The notes under the pieces were generated by a model. It was not told where the DNA came from. It saw nothing but the letters and a program-made list of their open reading frames with translations, and did not search any database. From positions 1,024,001 to 1,088,000 of the forward strand of contig CBDCWC010000002.1 in assembly GCA_965223295.1 (NCBI GenBank): a stretch of DNA of 64,000 nt, read 5' to 3'. Shown here piece by piece: positions 30,883 to 42,500 of this stretch. Both the position numbers and the translations under genes were made by a program. This stretch comes from Nitrospirales bacterium. GTDB taxonomy: Bacteria > Nitrospirota > Nitrospiria > Nitrospirales > UBA8639. Every line of letters starts with the position of its first letter. Position 1 is the stretch's first letter.

Positions 30883-30948
30883 ACACAAATTTGCCCAATC
30901 GGGCAGTCTTCTTTCACAGCCAAAACGCAGCAACAGGAGAGAAAAGGT

Positions 30949-32046
30949 TTATTCTTGAGCAGGAAGGGGGGGAAGCGCGCCCAAATGAGAGAATGAATCA
31001 ACGTTCCGCAACAAAGAATCCTGTCGTAAGCGAAAGTCACCTTCCTCTACGTTCACAAAGCCTGGAGAAAGGTTGAGATCAGTGGCACCAGCACGTTCAG
31101 GAGCAGGAGTCTGCTTCGTTCCTTGCATCAGATAATTACCCTTGTTGTCGTACAGAGCATTAAACGCCAAGGTCGTCTGACTTTGTGGAGAAAAGACTAA
31201 CCCCGCCGTACTATAGCCAATAATATTGCCACGAACGTCAGCCGTTGCTTGATCCTGAAAAGCAATGCCGCCGCCATTTCGAACGAGGGTGTTCTGAATC
31301 ATCGTCGCTTTAGATTGATCTGTCATGAGCACGGCTTCAAAGAGACTATTCATGATGACGTTTTTTTGAAGCGTCACCTCTGAGATCCCTCCAAGAACGA
31401 CTCCATGATCGTTCCCATAAATCCTATTGCCTGTTAACCTCCCTGTTGAATTGGCAAAAGCTACGCCAGTCGTCTCGCTTTCCCCAATGATGCAATCTTC
31501 AAGGTGGACATTTTTTACTTGTTGACTAAAGATCATCCCCTCCACCCGTACCTGCTTGAGATGAACTCCGCTTCCATTAAAGATTCCAACACCCAACCCA
31601 CCATGCTGAATAACCGTCAAACCTTGTATCGTCACATTAGTAGCGCCGTATGGCCATTTGCCGATATGAAGTGAACCGACTCGTTTTTCTCCCAGGATGA
31701 TGACACGATCTAGCCCTTCGCCAATAATGCGTAAATGGTCTTTACTATGCACCGTGACATCTTCAGCATACCTCCCAGCCTTAATCAAAATGGTATCGCC
31801 AGATGAGGCCTGCTCAATAGCGTCTTGAATCAAGGTAAATTGCCCAGATCCATCTCGAGCCACATGCCAAACTTTTGCTGATTCAGTTGATGATTTTTGG
31901 GGGCTGGGAGAACTCGCCAACAGCCATCCAGGAAAGAAGAATATGATAGAAAGAACAACAAAAAGCAGAGGGATTTTTTTCACAATACATGACGAAATGT
32001 TCATAATGAACCCAAAGATGACTGAACAGAATAGATAAGCAAACAA
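30949..32046 (-). CDS. Right-handed parallel beta-helix (pectin-lyase-like/NosD-like) secreted protein
   Basis: DGSGQFTLIQDAI..ASSGDTILIKAGRY, repeated PbH1 turns, PGFVN..GDFRL. The start may be 32004. Confidence 0.85.
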   Translation of the reverse strand: MFAYLFCSVIFGFIMNISSCIVKKIPLLFVVLSIIFFFPGWLLASSPSPQKSSTESAKVWHVARDGSGQFTLIQDAIEQASSGDTILIKAGRYAEDVTVHSKDHLRIIGEGLDRVIILGEKRVGSLHIGKWPYGATNVTIQGLTVIQHGGLGVGIFNGSGVHLKQVRVEGMIFSQQVKNVHLEDCIIGESETTGVAFANSTGRLTGNRIYGNDHGVVLGGISEVTLQKNVIMNSLFEAVLMTDQSKATMIQNTLVRNGGGIAFQDQATADVRGNIIGYSTAGLVFSPQSQTTLAFNALYDNKGNYLMQGTKQTPAPERAGATDLNLSPGFVNVEEGDFRLRQDSLLRNVDSFSHLGALPPLPAQE

Positions 32047-32112
32047 GAAAAAGCTATTCTCTATTCACATACCTGATGATATTCAAGAGGGTCAAGCAGG
32101 TTCAGGAAATTT

Positions 32113-32351
32113 CCACCTTGGGAGTGTTGAATAATGAAGATATCAAGGGCCATATTTCGCCAAGAAGACGTTGGAGATCAGTGGATTCGGGTCGATTCAA
32201 AAAAGTCCGTTCAGCAAGGCCGCAGCCATTTTACGCGCAGAGCGTCCTGGCACGACGTAAGCACGGGAAAATGGCGAGAACGTCGCTCCCGGCCTTCGTA
32301 GCCTATCGAGTTACTTCGGCAGAGTAGGCGACGGCTTTTTTCAACAGACCC
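32113..32351 (+). repeat. Dispersed repeat, copy 2 (core 32189-32351) with a 42-bp nested insertion
   Basis: Aligns to copies 1 and 3; extra sequence at 32288-32329. Confidence 0.88.
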
Positions 32352-32393
32352 CTTCTTGATTGTTGCCTCATAGCCCCTATGCTATGGTGAGGA

Positions 32394-33026
32394 ATGGTCC
32401 TCATCGGCTTAACAGGCGGGCTAGGTGTTGGCAAAACAACCATTGCCAGACTCTTTCAAACTTGTGGGGCAAAAATCATCGATGCCGACCAATTAGCTCG
32501 AGAGGTTGTCCAGCAAAAAAAACCTGCGTGGCAAGAGATTAAAAAATATTTTGGAAACACGGTACTTCATACAGATCAGACAGTAAACCGACAAGCCTTG
32601 GCTCAAATCGTTTTTCAAAACCCTTCACAACTGAGGCGCCTTCAACAAATTATTCATCCTCGAGTCGCCCGTGAACAGGCCAAACAAACCAAGGGCATAG
32701 CTCAAGACGACCCCCATGCTGTGATTATTTATGACGCAGCTCTCTTAATCGAATCTGGAGCGCATCGAAGAATGGATCACGTCATTGTGGTTAAGGCTGA
32801 CCGAGCCACTCAAATCGCCCGTGTGAGCCACCGAGACGGTCTGACGAAAGCTGCGGCATTGCGCCGCATCAAACAACAGATGCCACTACCCAAAAAACTT
32901 CTCTATGCTGACATGGTCATAGATGGAACCTTGCCTCGCTCCCAGTTGCGTCGCATAGTGAAATCATTGTATAGGACTTATCACTTAGAAGCCCGACAGC
33001 GAATTCACAATCGTCCACTGACTTGA
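32394..33026 (+). CDS. coaE: Dephospho-CoA kinase
   Basis: IGLTGGLGVGKTT, IDADQLAREVV, IIHPRV, ALLIE. Confidence 0.95.
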   Translation: MVLIGLTGGLGVGKTTIARLFQTCGAKIIDADQLAREVVQQKKPAWQEIKKYFGNTVLHTDQTVNRQALAQIVFQNPSQLRRLQQIIHPRVAREQAKQTKGIAQDDPHAVIIYDAALLIESGAHRRMDHVIVVKADRATQIARVSHRDGLTKAAALRRIKQQMPLPKKLLYADMVIDGTLPRSQLRRIVKSLYRTYHLEARQRIHNRPLT

Positions 33027-33086
33027 TTTTGCCTCAAATATCACTATCTAGTTTTGTATTAATGGCATTCGTAAAGGAGTTTTGAG

Positions 33087-34010
33087 ATGGTACATGACGT
33101 TCTTATCTTAGGGTCAGGCCCAGCTGGACTCACCGCCGCAGTGTATAGTGCACGGGCGAATCTTTCTCCACTCTTAATTGATGGCTCACAACCCGGCGGA
33201 CAATTAACTTTGACGACAGATGTGGAAAATTTTCCGGGATTTCCCAAAGGCATTATGGGCCCGCAACTCATTCAAGATATGCGCGCACAAGCCGAACGGT
33301 TCGGCACCCAATTCCGCCATGGTCACGTCACAGCGGTGGATCTGGATTCACAACCATTTCAAATTACCGTTGATGGAGAGGAAACGATCAAGACCAAAAC
33401 GCTCATTATCTCTACAGGCGCATCTGCCAATTTACTGGGCCTTCCCTCTGAAAGCCGTCTCATGGGCCATGGAGTCTCTACCTGCGCCACCTGTGATGGA
33501 TTTTTCTTTAAAGGAAAAGAAATTGCCGTCGTAGGCGGTGGAGATAGCGCGGTCGAAGAAGCCACCTTCCTCACAAAATTCGCTTCGAAAGTCACACTTA
33601 TTCATCGGCGAGATAAACTACGCGCCTCAAAAATTATGCAAGACCGCGCGATGAACAATGAAAAAATTACGTTTCAATGGAACAGCACATTGGAAGAAGT
33701 GATGGGGGATGAAGTCGTGACCGGAGTACGCCTCCGCAACACCCAAACCGATCAAACAGAAGAATTGGCTCTTTCAGGAGTGTTCGTCGCTATCGGACAT
33801 ACACCGAATACCAGTTTATTCAAGGGGAAAATCGACATGGATGACGCCGGGTATATTCGAACCCAACCCTATCGTTCCTCTACGAATATCCCTGGCGTTT
33901 TTGCCGCAGGCGATGTACAAGATTCCAACTATCGCCAAGCCATCACCGCAGCAGGATCTGGTTGTATGGCCGCCATCGATGCTGAACGGTATTTAGAAGC
34001 CGCGCACTAA
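33087..34010 (+). CDS. trxB: Thioredoxin reductase
   Basis: GSGPAGLTAA, CATCDG, GGGDSAVEEA, FAAGDV...RQAITAAGSG. Confidence 0.97.
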   Translation: MVHDVLILGSGPAGLTAAVYSARANLSPLLIDGSQPGGQLTLTTDVENFPGFPKGIMGPQLIQDMRAQAERFGTQFRHGHVTAVDLDSQPFQITVDGEETIKTKTLIISTGASANLLGLPSESRLMGHGVSTCATCDGFFFKGKEIAVVGGGDSAVEEATFLTKFASKVTLIHRRDKLRASKIMQDRAMNNEKITFQWNSTLEEVMGDEVVTGVRLRNTQTDQTEELALSGVFVAIGHTPNTSLFKGKIDMDDAGYIRTQPYRSSTNIPGVFAAGDVQDSNYRQAITAAGSGCMAAIDAERYLEAAH

Positions 34011-35182
34011 TGTTTCATGTCCTGGTGCATTATCATGAATTAGCGCTCAAGGGCCGCAACCGCAAACACTTTGAATATCGGCTCGTTCAGCATCTGCGAC
34101 GCGCCTTAAAGCCAATTACGCATATCCACGTCGAAGCCCTTCAAGGCAGAATTCGCGTCAGCTTTGAAGATGAAGCCGCTTGGCCGCCTCTGAAGCACCA
34201 ACTTGAGCGAGTGTTTGGCATCGTCAATTTTTCGCTCACTCGATCAGTGCCCCTACCCTTTGACAATCCAGACATCAGAGCTTTGAAAACAGCTATCCAA
34301 TCTGATCTCCCAATCAACTCATACAACACTTTTCGTGTGAGCGCGAAACGCGCTGACAAGCGATTTCCCAAAACATCCATGGAAGTGGAGCAAGAAATTG
34401 GGGCCGCTGTTGTGGAACAGACCGGTAAAAAAGTACAACTCAAGAATCCGGATCTGACAATCCTCGTTGAGCTTGTTCCACCCGAAGCCTACTACTCCTG
34501 CCACCGAGATCAGGGCGCAGGCGGTCTCCCAACAGGAACAGGCGGAAAGGTCGTTTCCCTCATCTCAGGAGGGATCGATTCTCCTGTCGCCACCTACCGC
34601 ATGCTCAAGCGTGGCTGCAAAGCCGTATTCGTCCATTTTCATGGACGCCCCTATTTGTCTCGAGTCTCCGAAGAAAAAGTACAGGATATCGTCAAACTGT
34701 TAACCTCCTACCAATTACATTCCCGCCTCCATCTCGTGCCTTTTGGGGAAATCCAGAGCCAAATTGTCGTCAATTCACCTCCGTCTGTGCGTGTTGTTCT
34801 GTACCGTCGTCTCATGCTTCGCATTGCTGCTAAAATTGCTGAGCAAGAAGAAGCCTGGGGATTGGTCACAGGCGACAGTCTAGGACAAGTGGCTTCCCAA
34901 ACTCCTGAGAATATCGCAGTAATAAACCAAGCCACAACCATGCCGATTCTTCGCCCACTCATCGGTATGGATAAAATAGAAATCACTCAACAAGCTGAAG
35001 CTATCGGTTCATTTGAAACCAGCATCGAACCCGATCAAGACTGCTGCACACTCTTTGTCCCTAAACATCCCCGAACCCGCTGCGACCTACCTAGCATCCT
35101 CAAAGTTGAAGAAAACCTGGACATTCCTAACCTCATTCAGCAAGGCCTGCAAAGCAGAGAACTCCTCGAGTTTTCCCATTAG
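34010..35182 (+). CDS. thiI: tRNA 4-thiouridine(8) synthase
   Basis: ELALKGRNR, THUMP domain, LISGGIDSPVA, GDSLGQVASQT, DCC. Confidence 0.95.
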   Translation: MFHVLVHYHELALKGRNRKHFEYRLVQHLRRALKPITHIHVEALQGRIRVSFEDEAAWPPLKHQLERVFGIVNFSLTRSVPLPFDNPDIRALKTAIQSDLPINSYNTFRVSAKRADKRFPKTSMEVEQEIGAAVVEQTGKKVQLKNPDLTILVELVPPEAYYSCHRDQGAGGLPTGTGGKVVSLISGGIDSPVATYRMLKRGCKAVFVHFHGRPYLSRVSEEKVQDIVKLLTSYQLHSRLHLVPFGEIQSQIVVNSPPSVRVVLYRRLMLRIAAKIAEQEEAWGLVTGDSLGQVASQTPENIAVINQATTMPILRPLIGMDKIEITQQAEAIGSFETSIEPDQDCCTLFVPKHPRTRCDLPSILKVEENLDIPNLIQQGLQSRELLEFSH

Positions 35183-35464
35183 CAACTTGAGACTCATCTA
35201 AAATGCCACAGATACGAACTATTCAATGACTCTACTTTGCTCTAATACCCCTCCACCGTTAACTTTTTTCAGCATCAACAAGTCCTCTCTTAAACAGTTT
35301 TGGTTGGCAATAAGGAAGGTCTGAATGAACCCGTCTCCCCTCAGCATAAAAAATTGATTCCTTTGCTCATTTTGAGTTCGAAAAATTGGATATTGCTTAA
35401 AGCATATTTATCAACAGAGTACGAACAATTGATTTCTAAAGCGTTCTCCCATAGCTACTGACAA

Positions 35465-35492
35465 TTATGAGAAAACTCCCATTTTCTCATGA
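35465..35492. other. 28-bp 11-6-11 palindromic site, copy A (putative tyrosine-recombinase/dif-like site)
   Basis: TTATGAGAAAA-CTCCCA-TTTTCTCATGA; 27/28 identical to the copy at 36463. Confidence 0.6.
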
Positions 35493-35784
35493 CCGTTCGA
35501 CTATCCTGTTCCCTTGAATATATCATTAAAAGCATAATCGTTGAATAACATCAATTGGAACCGGCAAGTTTTTGCCAGGGATGGGAAAGTCTCGGGAACT
35601 TGATGCATGGTTAGTGAAGGAATCCTATGAAGAGTAGCGATGAGAAAGAAAAACGCTCAGGGAATACTCAACTACTCTTTCAGGGCTCAGGTAAGATTTC
35701 GTTTTTGGGGCTTCGAGTTTTATGAGGATGAGGGAATCTGTTCCATGGTCTCTACAGTAAATTAATGTAACAAAACACCCTTTT

Positions 35785-36093
35785 CTAGTGCTGCCGTGCC
35801 GATAAAAGTTCTTTGGCCGTCATGAAGTTTTTAGGCGGGGTAAAGCTATCTGTAACCCGTGCAAGGTCATACTGCTTTTGTAGGTTCAGCCAAAATTCCG
35901 CACTGTTCCCAAAGAACAAGGAAAGCCTTACGGCGGTATCAGGAGTGATAGACCTCTCACCGCTCACAATGGCATTTATGCGGGTTTTAGGAATGTCCGT
36001 TGCTTTCGCAAGGGCATACTGTGAAATTTCCATCTCATCAAGAAATTCCTCTTGCAAGATAATGCCGGGGTGTTCAACGGGTATCTTTCTCAT
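35785..36093 (-). CDS. higA: HigA family antitoxin
   Basis: HPGIILQEEFL, HTH, ITPDTAVRLSLFFGNSAEFWLNLQ. Confidence 0.93.
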   Translation of the reverse strand: MRKIPVEHPGIILQEEFLDEMEISQYALAKATDIPKTRINAIVSGERSITPDTAVRLSLFFGNSAEFWLNLQKQYDLARVTDSFTPPKNFMTAKELLSARQH

Positions 36094-36102
36094 TTTCTTC
36101 TC

Positions 36103-36393
36103 CTAGACCTTGTCGTGATAGTCGCCAAATTCAACATTCAATGCGTCGCCATTCTCCCAGATAAACCATATTCGGTATTGATCTGTTACCCGAATCGCAT
36201 GAAATTTACTCCACTTGCCTTTCATTTTTTTCAGCCTATTGCTGGGCGGGATCTTTAAATCAGTGATATTCCGGGCCGCGTCGATCATTCGTAATTTTGT
36301 GAAGGCTTTGTTTTGCAAGGCCTCAGGAAGCTTCTTAACATACCTTCTACTCCAAATCGATTCTGTTTTCTTGTCCCCAAATGTCTTAATCAC
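36103..36393 (-). CDS. higB: HigB (RelE-family) toxin
   Basis: MIKTFGDKKTE...DLKIPPSNRLKKM...IRVTDQYRIWF...DYH; lies upstream of higA. Confidence 0.92.
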   Translation of the reverse strand: MIKTFGDKKTESIWSRRYVKKLPEALQNKAFTKLRMIDAARNITDLKIPPSNRLKKMKGKWSKFHAIRVTDQYRIWFIWENGDALNVEFGDYHDKV

Positions 36394-36399
36394 ACCCAA

Positions 36400-36428
36400 A
36401 TAGTACCGTTAAACGGTACTAGTGTCAA
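36400..36428 (-). promoter_or_regulatory. Sigma70 promoter of higBA with embedded operator palindrome
   Basis: TTGACA(36428-36423)-17 nt-TACTAT(36405-36400); perfect inverted repeat TAGTACCGTT-A-AACGGTACTA at 36401-36421. Confidence 0.85.
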
Positions 36429-36462
36429 GACAAATAGGAACGTCTCACAAAACAGGAAGGCC

Positions 36463-36490
36463 TTATGAGAAAACTCCCCTTTTCTCATGA
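36463..36490. other. 28-bp 11-6-11 palindromic site, copy B
   Basis: TTATGAGAAAA-CTCCCC-TTTTCTCATGA, in direct orientation with copy A. Confidence 0.6.
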
Positions 36491-36527
36491 GTGAGTGGAA
36501 TCGCTATGGAATCTTTTCTACAACTCC

Positions 36528-39500
36528 CTATTGAGGCCAAGGCGGAGTTTCGGCGCGATAAGACAAAACAAAGAGAATGTCCGTAATCTCTTCCTGAGCA
36601 AACCGGCTACGAAGTTCCTGACTATCCGTCAAACTCAATTCCCACCGCCCAAAAGGCTGCCGTCCGACAAGCGAAAGCCAATTCACGCCATTCCCAAACC
36701 GTGTACTGACTTTACAGTCGATTGATTGTGCCGACCCACCATATGGAGGACCAGATACCTGTTCTTGAAAATGTAAGTGATCTATTGCGACGGGAAACGC
36801 TTCGATACCATCTTTTTTAACAAAGTACAAAACGACGTGCTCAATGCGCACGTTCATAAGGTTGGGTGGAAAATCCTGAGGGCGAGTGTCAAAGCCAACA
36901 ACCATGGGCGTGCTGGTCTGATCAGGATTATTAAGATCGTACCACGGATCAGGAAACTCATGGCGGAAACTAAAGGCGCGATCGGCCTGAACCGTTCGGT
37001 TCAAACGTTGAATGACCTGTTGGCGGTAATCAAAACTATTCAAAGCGGAGTATTCGATCGTGAACAGCACAGTCGCCATCGTGTTAAAATTAAATTGATT
37101 GGAGGCTTTGGGCAAGGTCAGTTTCCACAACCGATCCACTCCACTCCCCTCAAACGTATTGAGGAATTCCGGAGACTCCGGTTGAAGTGGGACGGTCCCA
37201 GATGTCGCAGAGGTAGACGTAAAAGCCATCTGTTCAGGTTCAGTACGAACTATAATGGGTTGGAACAAGCTACCAAATCGACTCACAACCAGTTTGGACG
37301 TACTAGAAGCATCAAGGGTAGCAAGAACCCCCAGAGTTGGAGAGACAACAGCCACGATGGAAAGACTCACCCGCTCAATTAACCGTAGATAGTGTCCAGG
37401 GAAGTCACGATCGAATAATTCCATCGGGGTTGTAAATTCCAGGACTCCAGATTCTCGAAACTCTTGAAACTCGAAAGGAAAAAGCAGAGCCAGATCAAGT
37501 GTCTTAGAAATTTGTAGTTTCCGTTGTTTCGTTTCAAAGACATACTGATCCAATTTATGCACATCCGTGAGCAATCGCACTGATCCTGTCAGGCCATCGG
37601 TCGGATTATTGCGTCCCGGTCGTCCTTGTCCATTTTGTCTAGGAGAAACCCAATAGGAATCTTGGATGATTCCGGGGTCTCCTGTTTGTCCTGCAAAAGC
37701 CGCCGCATTCTCGGCTAACTTCGCCATGGCTGTCCCTGCTTGAAGAAAATATCGATAAATATCTCTGAATACCACACTCATCCATCGATATACCTCCAAA
37801 TTCAACGTTTTATTCATAAGAAAATGCAGCACGTCCATAGCATGTTGGGATTCAATCTGAGAAATTGCATGTTCTTGATTCACGATTGCCAAATGATCTT
37901 GTGCTAATATGATTTGCTGATTACCAATTAAAATGTCTTGCTGAGCCAATTGTTCTTGGAGACGCCATTCCTGATCGCGACGTTCAAAACTGGCTAGGGC
38001 AGAATTGATCTGAGCTGACATTTGTGCAGATATCGCTTGAACATTGAATACACCTGCAGCTAAGTGTGAAGCTGTTGCTGCTGCTGCTGCTGCTGCCCGA
38101 ACCGCATATTCTCCCCATTCCCAAGGGAATACCTTCCTAACTCCTAGTGGCGGAGTAGCTGCAGGAATGGAGGCCGAAAATGCTGCTGCCGCGGCTGAAG
38201 CTTGCGCGGCACCTCGCTGAGCTTCTCCTGCATCTTTGTAGGCCTGAACCATATTGCGTTCATGTTGATTTTGTCCCTGAGAAATCCAACGATCAAATGT
38301 TGCTTGTCTTATAATAGAACTGGAATGCTGCACTGTCGCTAAATCAACTCCATGATTGGCCTCTTGGATACGCACACGTTGCAATTGTTCTCGTGAATTC
38401 GCCAATTGCATACCTTGCTCAGCCTGAATTCTTGATAGGTTTTCTGTATCAATAGCTTGTAGAGTAGCTATGTAGTGGCCTTCAAGTTGCTGGGCCAAGG
38501 ATACGAGTTCCTTCGCTCGTCGAACCAGCTCCGAATATCGGTAAATCGGTGGGGTAATATGATCTCTACCCTGAATCTGAATTCGACCTCTAGATGTCCC
38601 CGGCAATCCTTCATCCGGCGCAATGGAAACAGCATAGGGATCGACATCACGTCGTATTCCGGCAATATTCCGACAGGTTCGTAATTTCCTGAGGTTATTC
38701 TCAGCTCTCAATCGAAGCGCGCTCAGAACAGGATTCGGTGGAATACAAAAAGGAAAAGAAATGCTTTTGCTAGCAAAACGGGTGCTTGTGGAAGTCAATT
38801 GCCCCAATCGTAAATATGGGGAATGACTTTCTTCGATTAATGATCGAGTCGTGGTTCGTGAGGGATTCAGGAGTGTCAACACTCGAGATCGAGACAAATC
38901 TCCATTATCACCAAGGACAGCCAAGCGCGTATTCTCGATAGGCAATTTAAGCCAAGCGGTTGCTGTGTCATCCAACTCAGACTCGGGTTTTTCCGCAATG
39001 ACAGCCACAGCTCGTCGATACTGGTGAGTCCGTTGTCCGGTAACTTCCCCCAAGGATTTCGCCAAAGAGGGTTGGGCTAAAATCTGACGTTCAAAAACTC
39101 TGGCTTCCTTAGAGTGGGAAAAGGCTTTGGCCGTCAACGTTGGCGCTGTTTCATTCTTACCTAACCCTTCATGCAGCAAACTTTTCATCCGCCTGAATTG
39201 ACTTTGGGTATCAAGCGTTTCATCATTCCGAATCTCATTCATTGCTGATACTAGAGTATGAACCCTGTCGCTGTTGTCAACACTGGCTGCGGCCGTCTTT
39301 AACGTTTCAAAAAGTGGTTTCCATTCGGGAGCCACTTCGATGTTCAATGTGCCGATGGTTTGCTTGCAAATTCCAAGAGATTGATCCAGTTCTTTCGTAT
39401 CAAGAAGATCAAGGGCTTTCTGATAATAGCCCCGTGCTTGGGCATTTGTCTCAATTGTATCAATCGTGAAAAGGGAATCTGCCAAATCAAGGTAACATCG

Positions 39501-42500
39501 AATAATGGAAATCAGGCAATACCGAGTATACGCATTCCTTCTCGTAGAGGCGATAGCATGAGAATTAATTGGGTCGCCCTCCCAGCCATCTTGACGAACA
39601 AACTGTGTTTCAAGTTCTTCTTCTTGCTTTAACCAATAATCAATTTTTCTTTTGCCTAGGGGACGTCGATCATCATACACGAGACGAAACCATTTTAAGG
39701 CTTCTTCAAAATACCCTGCGGTGTGAAGTTCGGTACCACAAAACATCGGAACAGCATGAAATGCTTCATAGAGATAGGATACTGTCGATTGCGGAACTTC
39801 TAGATCAGCACCATACAATTCCCTGTAAGCACCGGCTATCTGATTCTTTCTTACTCTCTGTTGCTCTTGCCCATTTGGAACAAGATCAAAGGGACCAGAA
39901 CATGTGACCATTACTTTCCTTTTTTGTGAAGCCTGCAGGGTGTCTCCCGTCCTTCTAACTAACATCCGATAAAAACTTCTATCATCTTTGAAAATAAGCG
40001 TTTTTTCTATACCTTCTATTGTGTCTTCTTCTCCATTCGAAAAAAGTATCTCCCAATTTACCGGCAAATCGTTAGGCCCATTTACTTCACTCTTAATATC
40101 TCTTTGTTTAAAAGGAACAATATTTCTTGGAATTAATGGGTTTATGGATGGCTCAGCATTTACTATTTTGTGAATCGCCTGCAAAAAGGAAATTCCGTCT
40201 AAGGAAAAAAATTGGGTATAGATGTCAGCAATTTTCCATGGACCCTTCTTTCGATCTAGAAAAGAGGACTGAGAAATTTCGGCGAAGTCAGCCTCAAATG
40301 TATGATCAATCCAATACTTTTTTATTCGAGTATTAGCATCCCCCACAATTTCGAGCCCTTCGTCTAATTGGAAGGAATAATATTCCTCAATATCTTTATT
40401 ACTTAATTCCAAAAAATCATGAAGATTTCCATCAAAATCAAAGTTTGGGATTATCCCTTCATAACCTTCCACGACTTCATCTGCCCCTGCTAATCCGCCT
40501 CCATCCGGTTGAACGCCAAATGAAATGGAGCTAGGGAAAGAAAAGGTAACTTTATAGGCCTTAAGATCAATTCCAGCTCTCTGAAGAAGATTGCTACGAT
40601 AATCAATAAAAGCATTGCTATTGCCCGTTTCAATAAGCTTCCCCGTCTCCTGAATAATCACATACTGTAATTTGGTTCCATTCCACCAATAAACATAGAC
40701 ATCGACGCTCTTAGGCCAAACGAATGCACCACGAAACTCACCCTGTCCAATATCTCCAAGTTTAATCCACAAGCCATCATCCCTACTGTCTGGATGATTT
40801 GAAGGAAAATAGATCATTCGATAATGAAGACTTCCGTCATTCTTTCGAAGAATCAATACATACTCTATTGGCGTTCGTTGAATAAACGCACATACGCTAA
40901 CAAACGCTTTAGCTAATACATTTCCAAAAAGAGGGGTCCATTCACTATGCTTCCATTCCGTGGCTGATGCAGTTAGTTGCGGAAGAAAAATAGTGCCATC
41001 GGGGATCCTGATAGCCAAAACCGTTGGAGTGTCATTTGTTGGTAGGTTGGAGTTAGAGATTCCCAAAATCGGGAATATTCCATTTGATGATGATTTCCCT
41101 AGTCGTTTTTGAACAGTTATTGCGGTAAAATCTCGTTCTCCACCTGGCGGCAAATCCAACCCTCGTGCCAACCCCCAAGCCAGGGAATCCAAGCTTAAGG
41201 AAATTACTTGCAAACTAATCTCGTCCAAGTTTCTACTTTTTACAAAAAGGAGGAGAACTCGTTCCTCTAAATGCGTAATATGTGGGACGGCCCCTAATAT
41301 GGCTATGACACCTTCAAGATCAGGAACCGGCCGCCAAGAGTCTTGAGTATCCTGGTTTTCATTGTAGGCATTGACACTTGAGTAATAGACTTTATAACTG
41401 TTAGAGGAAAGACCAAACATATAGATTCGTTCTTCGATTGGGCCTGACGTTTGACAGGGCTCGCCTATTGGAATCGGCACTTTCACTTGACAAGTCACCT
41501 GAAGATCCAAATTACAAATGTCTTGGAAATAAGCACTATAAAACCTGGCTGCTTGACAGGCTTCCTCTGGCGTTGGTTGAGACGATAATTGCTTTACCAT
41601 TTCTTTAAACCCATGAGACTGTTGCTCTCGAAGGGTTGATGAAAGGTACAAAGAGGGATACAAGAAGACGAACATTGCAGACTTCCAATTGGCGTAGGAT
41701 TGGAACCATTTCCACGCTTCCTCAAAATCATCTGCATTCTCCATGGAGAGGTCGGGAAAGGTCAGGTTCAATTCATGCGACCAGATGCCCCACATCAATA
41801 ATTGTATAGTTTCGATGGCTTGACTTACACGAGTCGTTTTCATGCAACCATCCATGTTCATGTCGATCAAAAATCGTTTCGTTAGAACATCGGCTTTGGA
41901 TTCATGGGAATCATGTTCAAATGGTACTTTGCGAATCAGGGCATCCCGCAACTGCGGGAGCATAACTTCTTCCACTTCACTTGCGGATTGTCGTAAGGCT
42001 TCGGGGATGCTATTCAATTGATCAATGCGCGCCTGCAAGGTATATTGCCATTCTTGATGTGCGACTTCATCAATGAGCCACTGCGCAATCCGGCTGTCTT
42101 CTGAACGTTCCCCGTGATATAGGCTGAACAAAGCAGGACGCAGTGTGACACCTTTTTCACGTTCTTCCTGCTTCCACACTTGCGTCAGTCTACGCTTTTC
42201 AATGTTAAGGAGCACGGCTACCGTCTCACGCCATTCACTCAGTGACAAGTCTACTTCTGCAATGACAGACTCATAAAATTGAGTTAAATACGAGAAGTCT
42301 GAATAGTCCATCGTGAGCTGAGACAATCTCGGTGTCATATCAACACCTGAACGGGACTCAGTGATGAGCCCTTCTAAGAACCCCAATCCTCCACCTAGGA
42401 CGCTCTCCAACAATACCGCATCCAAGGCTTCTCGTGTAGTCGGATGATTGAGAGAAGCCGACTGCAGGTCATTCGTTCGACTTGCTGCCCAGGCTTTGCG

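Noticed and set aside
29999-32351. Composite transposon formed by repeat copies 1 and 2 around the protease and beta-helix genes
   Set aside because: The same repeat, including its extension, occurs elsewhere (56282), and no flanking TSD is visible.
35465-36490. 28-bp palindromes as intrinsic terminators or Fur boxes
   Set aside because: The stems are AT-rich with no following U-tract, and the spacing does not fit the 7-1-7 Fur geometry.
35465-36490. The chromosomal terminus dif site
   Set aside because: Genes roughly converge here, but by eye the + strand is C-rich on both sides with no evident skew flip. Not computed, so not claimed.
38076-38096. (GCA)7 microsatellite in TcA
   Set aside because: In-frame poly-Ala in an Ala-rich pore helix; it cannot switch frame and nothing indicates variability.
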